From: Phoronis australis
Taxonomy: Eukaryota; Animalia; Phoronida
DNA length: 64,000 nt
Assembly: GCA_002633005.1 (NCBI GenBank)
Contig: NMRA01000037.1
Span: forward strand, 385,302-449,301
Reading direction: 5' to 3'
Positions 52,601-64,000 of the stretch are shown one piece after another. Made by a program: the position numbers and the translations under genes. Below the pieces are notes generated by a model. It worked only from the letters and a program-made list of their open reading frames with translations. It searched no databases and was not told the DNA's origin. Numbering within the stretch: the stretch's first letter is position 1; the number at the start of each line of letters is the position of its first letter.

Positions 52601-55600
52601 GTTGTGTATTGGTGTTCATTACACACAGTACAATTGTTATCCAAGAAATATTACCATCTATCTCACTCACCCATAAAGTTCAAATAACTTTCTCCTCCAA
52701 GTGCATGCGTGATCATCCTGATCATTTTATGCAGTGCTAAACCACGATCAATGATTGGTGTTAATTCCGTTAAAGTGGACATGTTCCAGTACATTTCAGC
52801 ATCCATCAGCCAGAATGACAATGTCTTGTCACCAACAAGAGCCTGGTCATGTGACTCAGCGTATGCAATGCATTTCTCACCATGACGGCGGTTGGTAAGA
52901 GTATGAACTATGTTAGTCATGTTCCAGTCCTCATCTTTCTTTTCTTTCAGAAGCTAAAACAAAAGAAATAAATCAACAAGTTGATTATTATAAGTACTCA
53001 CTGCTACTGGCAGTTCACAAACATTAGTTAAGTCTGGTCTACACGCCACCTGTTGGCCACATCACGCGACCTAATGATGTGATCACCAGACGGCGTGCAG
53101 ATCAGACTCAAAAATGTTTGTAATCTGTATTTCCATATGGCTGGCAGTCAATGACACAACATTTCTGTATCTGCTAGTTCAAATACCAACATGGTGGCTC
53201 ACATAAAATGCAAATCTATAGAAAAATGAAATCTCGTAGATTAACAAATCACCAGACAGCAGGCGTTACCTTTATCCACTGGTCAGGAATGGCCATGGCC
53301 AGTCTGTAGTCGAAACCACCGCCCCCCTCGCTGACTGGGCGACACAGAGTGGGCATACCAGATACATCCTAGGAATAGACAGACACGACAGCTATGAGCT
53401 TCAAAAATGCTGCTTAAAGACCGTAGGAAAGTTGCTAACTGTTCTATAATGAAAAATCCAAACACACGAACGTCTTGACATGAAAACACTCAAGAGAAGC
53501 AGTAATCGTGTAGCTGAGGAGGGACATGAACCCTCGCATATAAAGCGTTACAAAATTTGATTTTCAGCAACTAGATTTTCTGCAACGTTCTAAACAGTTC
53601 AGGCAGAAGTGAAAGTTCCGTCGAAATGTACAAAGTAACATTTTTTAGGCCAGCCTTGATTTGTATTGGCTTTTTACAGGCTTGAAAAAATGAAAATACG
53701 AATTTTAACATATTTCTTTCTGATACTGATATGCTTTGACGTTGCTTGTGCAGGTCAATGTTCGTAACTCTATTTCAGAGACAGACCTGTTCTAGAAGGC
53801 GATGGTAGCAGACAACAGAAGACAGCAAGAAGTACAATTAAGTGCTATTTCTCTTAGAATTCCTGTTCACATCTAACAAGGATTCCACAACATGTAATAC
53901 ATAAAGGACGAAGTGTACAAACCTCAGCTACAGTTGTAACAAAAGGAAATAATGACTTGAGCATGTAGTTGGACAACATCAGATAAACAAAGGATTCCAT
54001 ATCCGTGTTGAGACTAAAGTACTCGTTGTAGTCACCGCTGAAACCTTGGCCTGCAATGGAGTGACACTAACATATGACTGTTCAGGATCAGTGTACACAA
54101 AAACACGTGGATAAATGCAGGGCAGCCAGTGTTCCTTCCTCACGAAACGCACTAGCATTCTCAATGATAGCAATCCATTCTCAGGAATAATTTCCTTTCT
54201 GACGCACCACAATTCTTTTATCAACACAGTTCTTTCCTAAAGTTCAAGCATCAGTTGTTTTAAACTCTTCGTAGGAGGCATGAATAATAAAGCATATTCT
54301 TGGCACGACACATCAACACTGCTTGTACATTATGTACAGCGATAATTCATGAAGAAGGCAATTAGTTTATAAGGAAGCAATTACGCAGAATGAGAAAAGA
54401 GTGTGTTTGACGTGAGAAAAGAACACAGTTATTAAAAATTCCATGCAGTCGTTTATCAGAGGGTAAGACAGGGTGCCCTGATGTAGAGACTGTGAAAACT
54501 TAAAAAATTTGTTTTTGTCTGGAATACATTTTTAACAATGAGTTAATGTTGCTAATTCAACACATAGGGCCCTCTTGGAAAGCAGTGCTATCACTGAAGA
54601 GGCCACCCTCATTTTAAATATCACAATAATAAATAAATAAATAAATAAATAAACATCCTGGATTGAGGGAAGTTCTGGAGGGAAGTTCTGTTTGTATCAA
54701 TCTTTGACCTGCTATCCATGTTTAACTGCCATTCTGACAGGTTATTAACATACCCCTGCATAACTGACAAAACTGATAAAAAGCAAAACTTTGTTAGACT
54801 GTTTATGAATTTACGAAACCGAAAAAAGCAGGCAAAAGTACAAGATCACAGCAGTCAACCTACCCAAGCCATGGCTGTGATATAACATCGATGTTACACC
54901 ATCAAATCTGAAGCCATCAAAACCATACTCTTCAACCCACCAACGCAAATTGGACAAAAGGTAGCGCTGAACCTCAATCCTGTAATGGTAAAATATAATA
55001 ATAATTACAATAACCATTATAAAATAATAACGTGCCTGCATTTTGAGAACCAGTTTGTTGCCCGTTATTCTCAAAAATCGGGCACATTACAGTGGCGGAT
55101 CTAGGAAATCACAAGGGGGGCCAACACTTTGTCTGTAAACATTTGCTCAAAGCACGATTGTAGATGCGCATAGCACCGAATGGGGGGAGGAAATTTTTCT
55201 GTTTTTTCCTCTAAAAATCAAGCATTTTCCTTGATTCCTGAAGTATTANNNNNNNNNNNNNNNNNNNNNNNNNNNNNNNNNNNNNNNNNNNNNNNNNNNN
55301 NNNNNNNNNNNNNNNNNNNNNNNNNNNNNNNNNNNNNNNNNNNNNNNNNNNNNNNNNNNNNNNNNNNNNNNNNNNNNNNNNNNNNNNNNNNNNNNNNNNN
55401 NNNNNNNNNNNNNNNNNNNNNNNNNNNNNNNNNNNNNNNNNNNNNNNNNNNNNNNNNNNNNNNNNNNNNNNNNNNNNNNNNNNNNNNNNNNNNNNNNNNN
55501 NNNNNNNNNNNNNNNNNNNNNNNNNNNNNNNNNNNNNNNNNNNNNNNNNNNNNNNNNNNNNNNNNNNNNNNNNNNNNNNNNNNNNNNNNNNNNNNNNNNN

Positions 55601-58600
55601 NNNNNNNNNNNNNNNNNNNNNNNNNNNNNNNNNNNNNNNNNNNNNNNNNNNNNNNNNNNNNNNNNNNNNNNNNNNNNNNNNNNNNNNNNNNNNNNNNNNN
55701 NNNNNNNNNNNNNNNNNNNNNNNNNNNNNNNNNNNNNNNNNNNNNNNNNNNNNNNNNNNNNNNNNNNNNNNNNNNNNNNNNNNNNNNNNNNNNNNNNNNN
55801 NNNNNNNNNNNNNNNNNNNNNNNNNNNNNNNNNNNNNNNNNNNNNNNNNNNNNNNNNNNNNNNNNNNNNNNNNNNNNNNNNNNNNNNNNNNNNNNCGGCC
55901 AAGGGGGGGGGGGGGCAGGCCCCCTGGGCCCCGGGCCCCCCCCTAAATCCGCCTATGCATTATATCAGACCATTACCCAGGAATTCAGCCTGAGTTGCCC
56001 AAGCAAGAGTTTGGACAGAGTTCAAACCGCTGACATACATTGTCTCTGAAAAGATAAAAATCTGAGGCTTATTTTTAGTAAAAGAAACAAAAAATGTCAA
56101 TCAGGCACTAACTCAGTGTAGTTGAACAGCCGACTATCCCACAAGTCATGGAAGCCCCTGGGGTTGTCATGGAAAAAACATCCATTTGTTCCGTCAAACT
56201 GGTTCAGTCCATCGGCCGTGTTCTTCGAGGCGTGACTGTGCACAACATCCAATAGCACCACGATACCATTCTTGTGAGCCACATCAATGAGCTCCTTCAA
56301 CTCATCAGGAGTTCCATATCGACTGCAAATAATGTGATACGCATATTATTTTGCTATAGATTAAAAGTGTTCATCGTTGTCTCCCGTGATTATGGTAAAA
56401 ATGAGAGAAGTTACTTACTAGGAGACATTTAGTTAGTTGACCATAACGTTTCAAGCCTGCAGCTCAGGCCCTTGATCACATGACTGATCTTCCTGTTGTT
56501 GTGGAACCAGAAGTAACACCTTGTTGTAAATGGTAAGAAGTCGCAGTCACTGGTCACAGTTAAACAGTGAAACCCCACGCAACCATGACCAGGGATTGCA
56601 ACTTCCTTCTACTTACAATCAGGTGTTACTTACGATTCTTCAGTGGCGGCAAGAACAGTCATGTGATCAAGGGTCTGAGCTGCAGGTTTGAAACATTATG
56701 CTCAACTAACTAAATGCCTCCTAGTAAGTAACTTCTCTCTCGTTTTCACTATTCTTTATAATTTGTTGATGTGAACACTCTGCCATCTATTGGTCAGTGC
56801 GTACACCATATTGGAGATTAAAAATGTCTTATTATTATTAACATCTTTCGTGTTTCGACAACAACTACGATTAGTCACAAGAAAGACTTGTTAAGGAAAG
56901 GTCAAATTATACAGAACAAGGTTGCAAAGCAACGCACAGTTACTGACTTTCACTGAGGTCAATATGAGATGCTGACTGAGGTGGAACAGAGATCATTATT
57001 ACACTTTTGGGGTCTGAAAAACAACATATTGACTTGGTGAAAGTCAATAATTGTTTTATTATATGATTACATTCAATAGGAAGCTATGTTTGAGTATCAA
57101 CTGTTTGTTGATTACTTGTTCTATCAGTTAGCTGGTAGTTTTTTACCCAAAATGTGAAGAAATTTAGAAAAAAACTTCCAGTTGTTAGGAATGGACAAAG
57201 GAAAAAATCAACTATTTTTTTGCCGTATTTTAATACAAAACAGTGGACAACTATCATTTGCTTCTTTCAATGCGATTGCAAGCTGCATGTACGCAGCATG
57301 CATGTGCCTAAGTCCGCGCTAATGATGTGTAGTGAAAGTCAGTGAACATTTTAGCCAATGAAAGCGCACTTTGTGATGGGGTGAACTGCATTGCATTGAT
57401 GCAGGTTTGGGTTCACAGAGTGGTTCATATTTTACACTTACTGAAAATTAAGATCCAGGGATTGAATAACAATGGGTGTTGTAACCAATAGGTGGCACTA
57501 AAATGCTAGTTGATGAATGTGATTAATTGCATCATACCTAGAGCTGGCAAAGAAACTGGTTACTTGGTAACCAAAGCTGGCATAGTACGCATGCTCCATG
57601 ATGGCCATAAGTTGGATAGAATTGTAGCCTGAAAGATACAAAAGAGGGCGCTACACCAGTGACTTCACACAGAGGTAATGAACACAAGTGTCAATGACAT
57701 ATTTTTATGTGGCTAACTACCTTGGCAATAGAGCTGGAAGAGGTATTTTTCCAAAAGAAAAGATCTCTCTGGCATCCCTTAAAGAATTCATAGATCTCAC
57801 AAAATGTGAGAGAATCGGAATTAAAACAAAATTTTGTACAAACATTTTTTCTTTTGACTAGAACGAAAATACTTGTAAGACTGATAGGGGTTTCATACAC
57901 AACGAACAGATACTCGACCAACAACGATTCCATGGATTTACCATGTGTCTACACAATGTTGAAATATCTTCTGACGACACATTAAAAAAGTCTCAGTCTT
58001 ACCTAGTCTAGCAATGCGTGGTATAACATTGTGTGTGAAGTGTTTGTACGAGGCAACCTTGCCTTCGTACGAAGAGATACCCACGTGGGACTCATAGACC
58101 CGCAGTCTGTCTGGCTTAGGTGGACGAGGGTATTGGAAGGTGAACTTCTACAAACACAGAAAAGAGTCAATGAAGCAGCAATAGACATTTTGCACAGGGT
58201 TAGAATCCCCATTCATTCAATGAAGCACTGATTTCCAATTGGGTAAAGGTTTATACATAAAACTTAAAAGAGAATTGATTAAAGAGACCACCATATGTAT
58301 AAGCAATATTTTCTTAAACAAATGAGACATCCTAATTACACATTTCTGCCAATGACAACCTCCTTTTATAACAATACATCATAATTCATTCCCAGCCAGG
58401 CTGTGCTACTGTTGTACTCCATCAGTTCTAACAAGAACCCTGAAAGCAAAGACGGCAAGCATGACAAACTATGAAGAAAGCCTTTGCATATTCCGCAACG
58501 CAAAAATCTCTAAATTTACATATTAATGAGAACACAGTTAGAAAAAAACGAAATTTAGAATATTCTAGAAAAATAAAAAATTGAAGCATGATGAACAAGT

Positions 58601-59423
58601 TGAAACTTTTGTATGTGTTAAAACTAAAGATTCTAAGGAAATTATACCTTTGGCGGGTTCCAGAAGATGTGATCATAAATAGGAGTCTCCTTTGTTCTGT
58701 TGACATATGACGCCCAGGGTGAGTTACGATCTTCAAACTTTCCCTCTTTGGTGGCAACTGTAAGCTGTAGAGACAGAAACATTTTTTTTCAATTCCATGT
58801 TAAATTTGATTGTAAGAACTCACCTTGCTACAAATAACGAAAACTTTCCCAAACCCTGTTTTCAGACATCTACACAGTATAAACCAAGTGAATAAAACTT
58901 TCCTTAAGTGACTACAAACCTGTGTTTTGGTACGAGAAGTGAATGTTTTAGACCAGTTACTGGTATAAAATTGGTCTCAACTTGTTCCTTACTATGAGTT
59001 TACACAAACAGTCTGACACACATCTCTATTTCACTATTCCCCTAACACAAGAAGCTGGCCATAACAGTCCAGGCATTGTGGTGAGTGGCTATAGTAATCC
59101 CAATCAGTAAGAAGCATTCATAGTTGTCAGTAGCAAAATGAGATGTAAACTGAGCTTGGTGCAAGGTGAGACCAGTATTATAGTGGACAGTGGTCAAATT
59201 CACTAATTTTACATTAACTTTTTAACACGAAAATTACTGGTCAGCAGGCAAGTGCATGAGAACGTTTAGGGCATTTGGTATTGCCATGATAATTACAAAG
59301 ACCCTACCTTAATCCTGGTGTTATGTGGTATAATGCACTGTCCATCTGGCATGGCTGGAAGCTTCAACTCCCACTTGCCAAATTCTTTCTTCTCAAACTT
59401 GTACTGGAATGATTCCCAGTTAT
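49626..59423 (-). CDS. GBE1: 1,4-alpha-glucan branching enzyme (glycogen branching enzyme), partial; 13 coding exons, 5' exons not found in window
   Basis: Exons join in frame through GT-AG introns: 59423-59308, 58764-58648, 58147-58003, 57628-57538, 56322-56113, 54979-54864, 54050-53923, 53368-53270, 52953-52671, 52076-51892, 51432-51302, 50532-50415, 49673-49626 (1787 nt, stop TAG). GH13 branching-enzyme motifs are present: [57 protein letters not shown] (nucleophile D), AEDVSG (acid/base E), [19 protein letters not shown]. Confidence 0.98.
50415..50532 (-). CDS. GBE1: GBE1 exon (118 bp) [40 protein letters not shown]
   Basis: Acceptor cttag, donor gtaagt; VLDSD..FGGH motif. Confidence 0.96.
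50533..51301 (-). other. U12-type (minor spliceosome) GT-AG intron in GBE1
   Basis: The 5' splice site GTATCCTTT matches the U12 consensus. The 3' end reads ttttccttagtgtaactcttag, with a TCCTTA branch-point-like motif close to the AG and no long polypyrimidine tract. Confidence 0.85.
51302..51432 (-). CDS. GBE1: GBE1 exon (131 bp) [43 protein letters not shown]
   Basis: Acceptor cttcag; followed by the U12-type donor GTATCCTTT. Confidence 0.96.
51892..52076 (-). CDS. GBE1: GBE1 exon (185 bp) [41 protein letters not shown]...APQ
   Basis: Acceptor ttccag, donor gtgggt. Confidence 0.97.
52671..52953 (-). CDS. GBE1: GBE1 exon (283 bp) [23 protein letters not shown]...[13 protein letters not shown]...GGESYLNFM
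   Basis: Acceptor ttttag, donor gtgagt; overlaps ORF 52663..52920. Confidence 0.97.
53270..53368 (-). CDS. GBE1: GBE1 exon (99 bp) [33 protein letters not shown]
   Basis: Acceptor cctag, donor gtaacg. Confidence 0.97.
53923..54050 (-). CDS. GBE1: GBE1 exon (128 bp) [43 protein letters not shown]
   Basis: Acceptor ttgcag, donor gtttgt; ends at the catalytic Glu. Confidence 0.96.
54864..54979 (-). CDS. GBE1: GBE1 exon (116 bp) [38 protein letters not shown]
   Basis: Acceptor ttacag, donor gtaggt; carries the catalytic nucleophile motif. Confidence 0.97.
55090..55957. mobile_element. Family B-related TIR element spanning an assembly gap, 5-bp TSD CATTA
   Basis: catta|cagtggcggatctag...taaatccgcctatg|catta. 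Confidence 0.65.
55249..55895. other. Assembly gap (N run) within a GBE1 intron
   Basis: 647 N. The flanking GBE1 exons join in frame, so no coding exon needs to be in the gap. Confidence 0.99.
56113..56322 (-). CDS. GBE1: GBE1 exon (210 bp) [34 protein letters not shown]...[11 protein letters not shown]
   Basis: Acceptor ttgcag, donor gttagt; overlaps ORF 56097..56300; GH13 region I. Confidence 0.97.
56395..56748. repeat. Foldback of about 350 bp in a GBE1 intron
   Basis: gagagaagttacttactaggagacatttagttagttga... mirrored by ...tcaactaactaaatgcctcctagtaagtaacttctctc. Confidence 0.8.
57538..57628 (-). CDS. GBE1: GBE1 exon (91 bp) [30 protein letters not shown]
   Basis: Acceptor ttcag, donor gtatga; highly conserved branching-enzyme segment. 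Confidence 0.97.
58003..58147 (-). CDS. GBE1: GBE1 exon (145 bp) [48 protein letters not shown]
   Basis: Acceptor tgtag, donor gtaag; YESHVGISS motif. Confidence 0.95.
58648..58764 (-). CDS. GBE1: GBE1 exon (117 bp) [39 protein letters not shown]
   Basis: Acceptor ctacag, donor gtataa; SPWA motif; phase 0/0. Confidence 0.93.
59308..59423 (-). CDS. GBE1: GBE1 exon (116 bp) [38 protein letters not shown]
   Basis: Acceptor ttttcag, donor gtaggg; GKWEL motif of the N-terminal CBM48 region. Confidence 0.93.
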
Positions 59424-60448
59424 CTGAAAACGTGCAATAAAGTCTATCAACAACTACACTGGTTTTTAAATACCCGGCAATCTTTATTTCAATTTTGAGA
59501 CACCTTACCACCAGGTAAAACTTGGCAGAATTATTGCTCCTCTGTTTGATCACCAGATGCCTGTTTCCAAAAAATAAAATAAGAAAGCATCAGCTGGATT
59601 TTGATTGACTTGACATGCGCAATCATATTTGCATTTACGGGTAAGCCAACAGGTTGTAGTGTTTTACTATGTACTAGAATGCTGGGTTCACATGATCGTT
59701 GATAATAGTTGAGCAGCTATCACATTGAGCATAATCCAGTAGCCCTCACTGAGACATGATGATTAGGTTTACCAATTTCGGACAAAAATAATTGCCAAAA
59801 TTGACCCTATTTCTTTTTTCAATGGCTTCTCTTTTCTAAATGTCCAAAAGTTTTCAAAATATTGTCTGGTGGTAGCTATGGTACACAACTGCAACATAAA
59901 AAACAAACATTTTTAAGTCTGGTCTGCACGCCATCTGTTGGGGACATCACGTAACCTTGCATTCATTTTGGTGTTGCATGTCTTATGGAAACAATGAGAA
60001 AACAAGTATGGTAAAGTTTCCTCAAATTCGAACCAAAACGATGGCCAAAATTGGCATTTTTTGTTTTTCAAATGGTCACTGTATTGCCAAAAAGGTTCAA
60101 AATTTCATTGTGTGTTTATTGATGACAGGCGTACTATATAAAAACTCCAAGTGAAGTAAAATTGCCTTCTTGTTTGATCTTGTCGAAAATTTTGATTACA
60201 CAAAATTTTAGTATTCTGCCATATTGTGTTCTAATTTGAAGAAACTTTACTGTAATACTTGTCTGCCATGTTGTGTCCTGAAATGACGAGATTACTGTGT
60301 TAATCAAAACTGAAAGTACATGAAATGAAACACAGCACAACTGGTAGTACTGCAGTCTAATCTTTTGTATCAAAATACAAACAGCTTGGTTTTCCAGACT
60401 CACAGGATGACATTGAATGACATCGTATTCATGTGATAAGTCATGTTG

Positions 60449-60570
60449 GAGGCAGTGACTGGCCTAGTGTGATAGTTACCCACTTTCTTTACTCGAGGTC
60501 GTGGGTTCGAGTCCCACTGGGCCACACTGCTAGACTCTTGAGTCAGTTTCCTAGCTCCTCAGCTCAGTTT
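60449..60570 (+). mobile_element. Degenerate tRNA-derived SINE head in the GBE1 intron
   Basis: TGGCCTAGTG (A box-like) and GGTTCGAGTCCC (B box). Confidence 0.5.
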
Positions 60571-63500
60571 TAAGTATATATTAATGAACCATAAAAATGG
60601 TTCCAGGTGATCAGTGCAATGGGTCCACATGCGCAGCTTGTGCACGTCTGGTACAACGTGTACCAGACCGCCAGCAATGATTTTTTATTTTGTTTAAGTA
60701 ATTGCAAATGAAGCAATGTGTGGGTATTTTGAAGATCTGGGATGTGTTTCATGGATAGTGCCTTAAGATTATGTAGGCCCTTATTGAAAAGTGTGTGCAC
60801 TTTACTAAATACCTACAAAACTATAGAATGTAACTCAGCAAATGCGTGTGTTTTCTGAAAGTGGAAATTCTGTAGAATTTTGATTGTTGATATTATACCT
60901 AACTGAAATTACTTAGGTCACACGACCTTGCTTTTTAGTAAAATTTAGCTATAGCAAAAGATACATTCACAGCAAAGTGTCAACATGATCAATTGCATGA
61001 CCAAGTTTTATACGATAAAGATGTTGACAAAACATCTCAAAAACGCTGTTACAGTTTTCTAAAGTATCGTTTCATTTTTGTTTTATATAACTTTGACTTT
61101 TTTCACAAAAACCCTGTAAGTCCTACCTTTGCTAGTCCCTCACGAAAAAGTGGAACTTTTAAAAACAGTTTCCAAAGTGTTTTGGAGAGCAGTGCTTTAA
61201 CGATAATATCTGAAACTTTCACAGGAATACACTCAGCGATTTCTGAGATATGATTTTCTGAAGATGGCCAAAATTTTTCTAGGGTCCTACACAACCTTAT
61301 ACACTCCAACTTCAGAATTTCCAAATAAAGGTCAAATGTAGTCCAGTAGCAATTAAGGGGTTTTGACACACTTTTAACTGATCTTTTAAATTTTTATTTC
61401 AAATTTTGATTTCTGTAATTTTGTCTTTGCCTACAACAAACCTGCGAAAGAAAGTGGAGGTCACCTAACTAAGTTTGTCCCTTTCAGCCGACTAAACAAA
61501 GGGACATGGGCAAAAATTTGAAATTTTCAGGGGTTGCAAAGAAGCGAGATCTAATTTTAGTTAATTTAAAAACTATTTCGCTCTACAGTATCAGCTTTAC
61601 ATTTTAATCATTTTAATTAAATTTCTGGGTTTACTGATTTTTTATGTTGGTGTAAAGAAATATCTTTCTTTGATTTTGAGTATTTCAATTTTTAGAGCTT
61701 CAGCTTTTACTAAAAATATCATTAATTTTTTCTTTATAAGCTTTTATTTTGACATCCCTTATGTTTACAATGGGGTAACTGAGTTAGTTTTGGAGCTACT
61801 GTAGCTCAAACAGCGCTACAAAAGAGAGTGCTATTTCACTTTCTGAAAAGTGCGCCAGTTTCAAGATCAGTTGTTGGAATTGTGTGTTAGTTGATTAAGA
61901 GTAAGATACGAAAAGAAATATCTTGCTTTTCAAATAAAAAATATGTTACTTAAAACCAAAACTAACAAAAAATGAATGTAAGTCAATCAATGTCAAAAAA
62001 TAGGCACTCCTTTGCGTCTTTTGGGCAAACCATGGCATACATCTTCAAGGAAATGTTTCACTTATTCAGCACTGACACAACATGGCCAACAAATAAAATT
62101 CCATTTTGTTAAATTTATCCACAAAAGTAGAGGTTAAAAACATTTTAGTCCATTTCAAACATGTAGTGTGTAGAAGTCACAGGACAACCTTTTCTAAAGT
62201 TCAGTTATTTTCAAAAAGAAAATTAGACATTGAAAAATGGAAAATAATTATTTTAGAAATTAACTTTTGTGCCAAATAAGTGGACAATTACAAAAGCCTC
62301 ACTCAAGTAATGGCGTCAAGACAGTCAAGAACAAAAGAGGAACAAAGTCAGATAAGAACACAAATTTTTCAAGGTGATTGAAATCAGACCATGTCAGTCA
62401 CCAAGGTGACATGCATGGCCAGATTGCCCCAAACCCATTTATCACCATCAAGTGCCATAACACAGATACTACCACAAGGACAAGAGGTCACAATTTTGGA
62501 TCAGGCAACAACTGTAGCGCTAAAGCACGAAGCATTTTCAAATTATATTTCAGTTATTTGTAGCTGATAGTATCATATTGGTAGTTTAAAAAGAAAACCA
62601 TATAACAAAATATTTATCTCATAATTTTCACACTGTCAAATTTTAACCACTACTCCAACCTATGGAAAAGTAAATATGTCATAGCCCAAATTTCACAACT
62701 TTACCCAGTCTTTTCCTAGTGAATTTAAGTGAAAATTAGTAAACATCCCTAGATTAATGTCAGAACTATTCCCTTTCACAGAGCTAAGAAGATGGATAGT
62801 ATGGTTGACTTTTTTAATTTCTAAATGTCAGACATTTCGAGTTAGATTAGCATAATCAATACATATATACAAAAAAGAACATGTGACCTGATCCACATTG
62901 CATCAGCTGTGCGCAGGCTCCTAGCCGGGTCCAATGCAACAAACACCTGATACTATTTCCTTTACTATACCACACAAAACACATAAACACAAATTAAGAC
63001 GGAGCCCAGGAGCTAGAGACCTTACTCAAGGGTCTAGGAGTGGGATTCCAATCTACGAGTTTGTAAACAGAAGACAGACACTCAAACCAATAAGCCATAT
63101 TGCCTCCTCTAAAATATACCAATCTACAAACATTGTGCAGCTTGTCAATTGTTTGGTGTCTGCAAAATGACAACTTGCAATGCAGCATTTAAAAAAACTT
63201 ACTGATATTAGATTAGAATCAAGAATCTGATTTAACATCGATCACTGCAGAAGCACCATTGTCTCGTAAACAATGTGAAACGCAGGACAAGTGCTCAAGA
63301 GATGGACAGAAATGACACCTTGTACTTCGTCAGTGGATTTGTAGAAGTTGTGTTGTCGCCAGGTGTCAGGTTTAACAGGAAATCTGATCTAAGGTGGTAT
63401 TGTGTGGAACAGAGCAATTACCACGTTTATTTATTTAGAAATGGCTTAACAGCAACAAAACAGTCACTAAAATAAATCGATATACTGAGAGGGGCCTGGA

Positions 63501-63728
63501 CTGGGTGACTGATGTGTGTATGTAATTAAATACCTCAATGCTGTCACTGCCGTTAGAATTTTTGTAATGTACAGTTATATTTGAATATCATTGTTTTAAC
63601 ATTAATGTTAACTATTTGTAATGCTATGCTTGAAGAATTGTAAGAAAATTAATAATAAAAAAACGATGATTTTTCGAACTGCTCGGCAAGTCGGAAATTA
63701 AATTCCTTGTGAAAAGTTAAGTTAGGAC

Positions 63729-64000
63729 CACTTTTACCTGAGGTACATTAACTCTTTACACCATGGTACATTGGCGAATTATGATCACTTTTACCTGAGG
63801 TACATAACTCTTTCCACCATGGTACATTAGTGAATTATGATCACTTTTACCAGAAGTACATTAACTCTTTACACCATGGTACATTGGCGAATTATGATCA
63901 CTTTTACCTGAGGTACATAACTCTTTCCACCATGGTACATTGGTGAATTATGATCACTTTTACCAGAAGTACATTAACTCTTTACACCATGGTACATTGG
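63729..64000 (+). repeat. Minisatellite with alternating 57/56-bp units, runs off the window end
   Basis: Unit cacttttacc(tgag/agaa)gtacat(t)aactcttt(a/c)caccatggtacatt(g/a)g(c/t)gaattatgat, about 4.8 copies visible. Confidence 0.95.

Noticed and set aside
55180-56049. 289-aa and 218-aa ORFs
   Set aside because: Artefacts of translating through the N gap.
62994-63188. ORF ending in WAPS as a candidate for the missing GBE1 exon 2 (EWAPGA)
   Set aside because: No FG/EWAP/GDFN context, a stop follows immediately, and no matching splice sites; exons 1-2 probably lie beyond 64000.
62330-63663. Possible degenerate LINE fragments (TRTRGHNF; KWLNSNK; A-rich tail)
   Set aside because: Only short scattered motifs without a continuous frame; plausible but unsupported by eye.

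Overview
Eukaryotic (invertebrate animal-like), AT-rich, repeat-dense 64 kb window; almost all ORFs in the six-frame track are spurious. Two spliced genes lie tail-to-tail in the right half. (1) The 3' portion of a glycogen branching enzyme gene (GBE1; minus strand, 13 coding exons reconstructed between 59423 and 49626; the 5' exons were not found and probably lie beyond the window) contains a U12-type (GTATCCTTT) intron. (2) A divergent five-exon ninjurin-like gene (plus strand, 39926-44963, about 195 aa) is only partly visible in the ORF track and needs a GC-AG intron. The rest holds several MITE families (PIF/Harbinger-like with CWG target duplications, a family with 5-bp TSDs, a palindrome with an 8-bp TSD), a 2.4 kb TTAA-flanked Kolobok-like element with a THAP remnant, an inverted Penelope-like GIY-YIG remnant, a transposase relic, tRNA-derived SINE heads, minisatellites, and a 3.1-3.2 kb tandem duplication joined at an N (probably two haplotypes assembled in tandem). 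I found no evidence of a novel multi-gene system. The most notable items are the divergent ninjurin and the non-canonical introns. All family assignments come from reading the sequence and recalled motifs; no searches were run.
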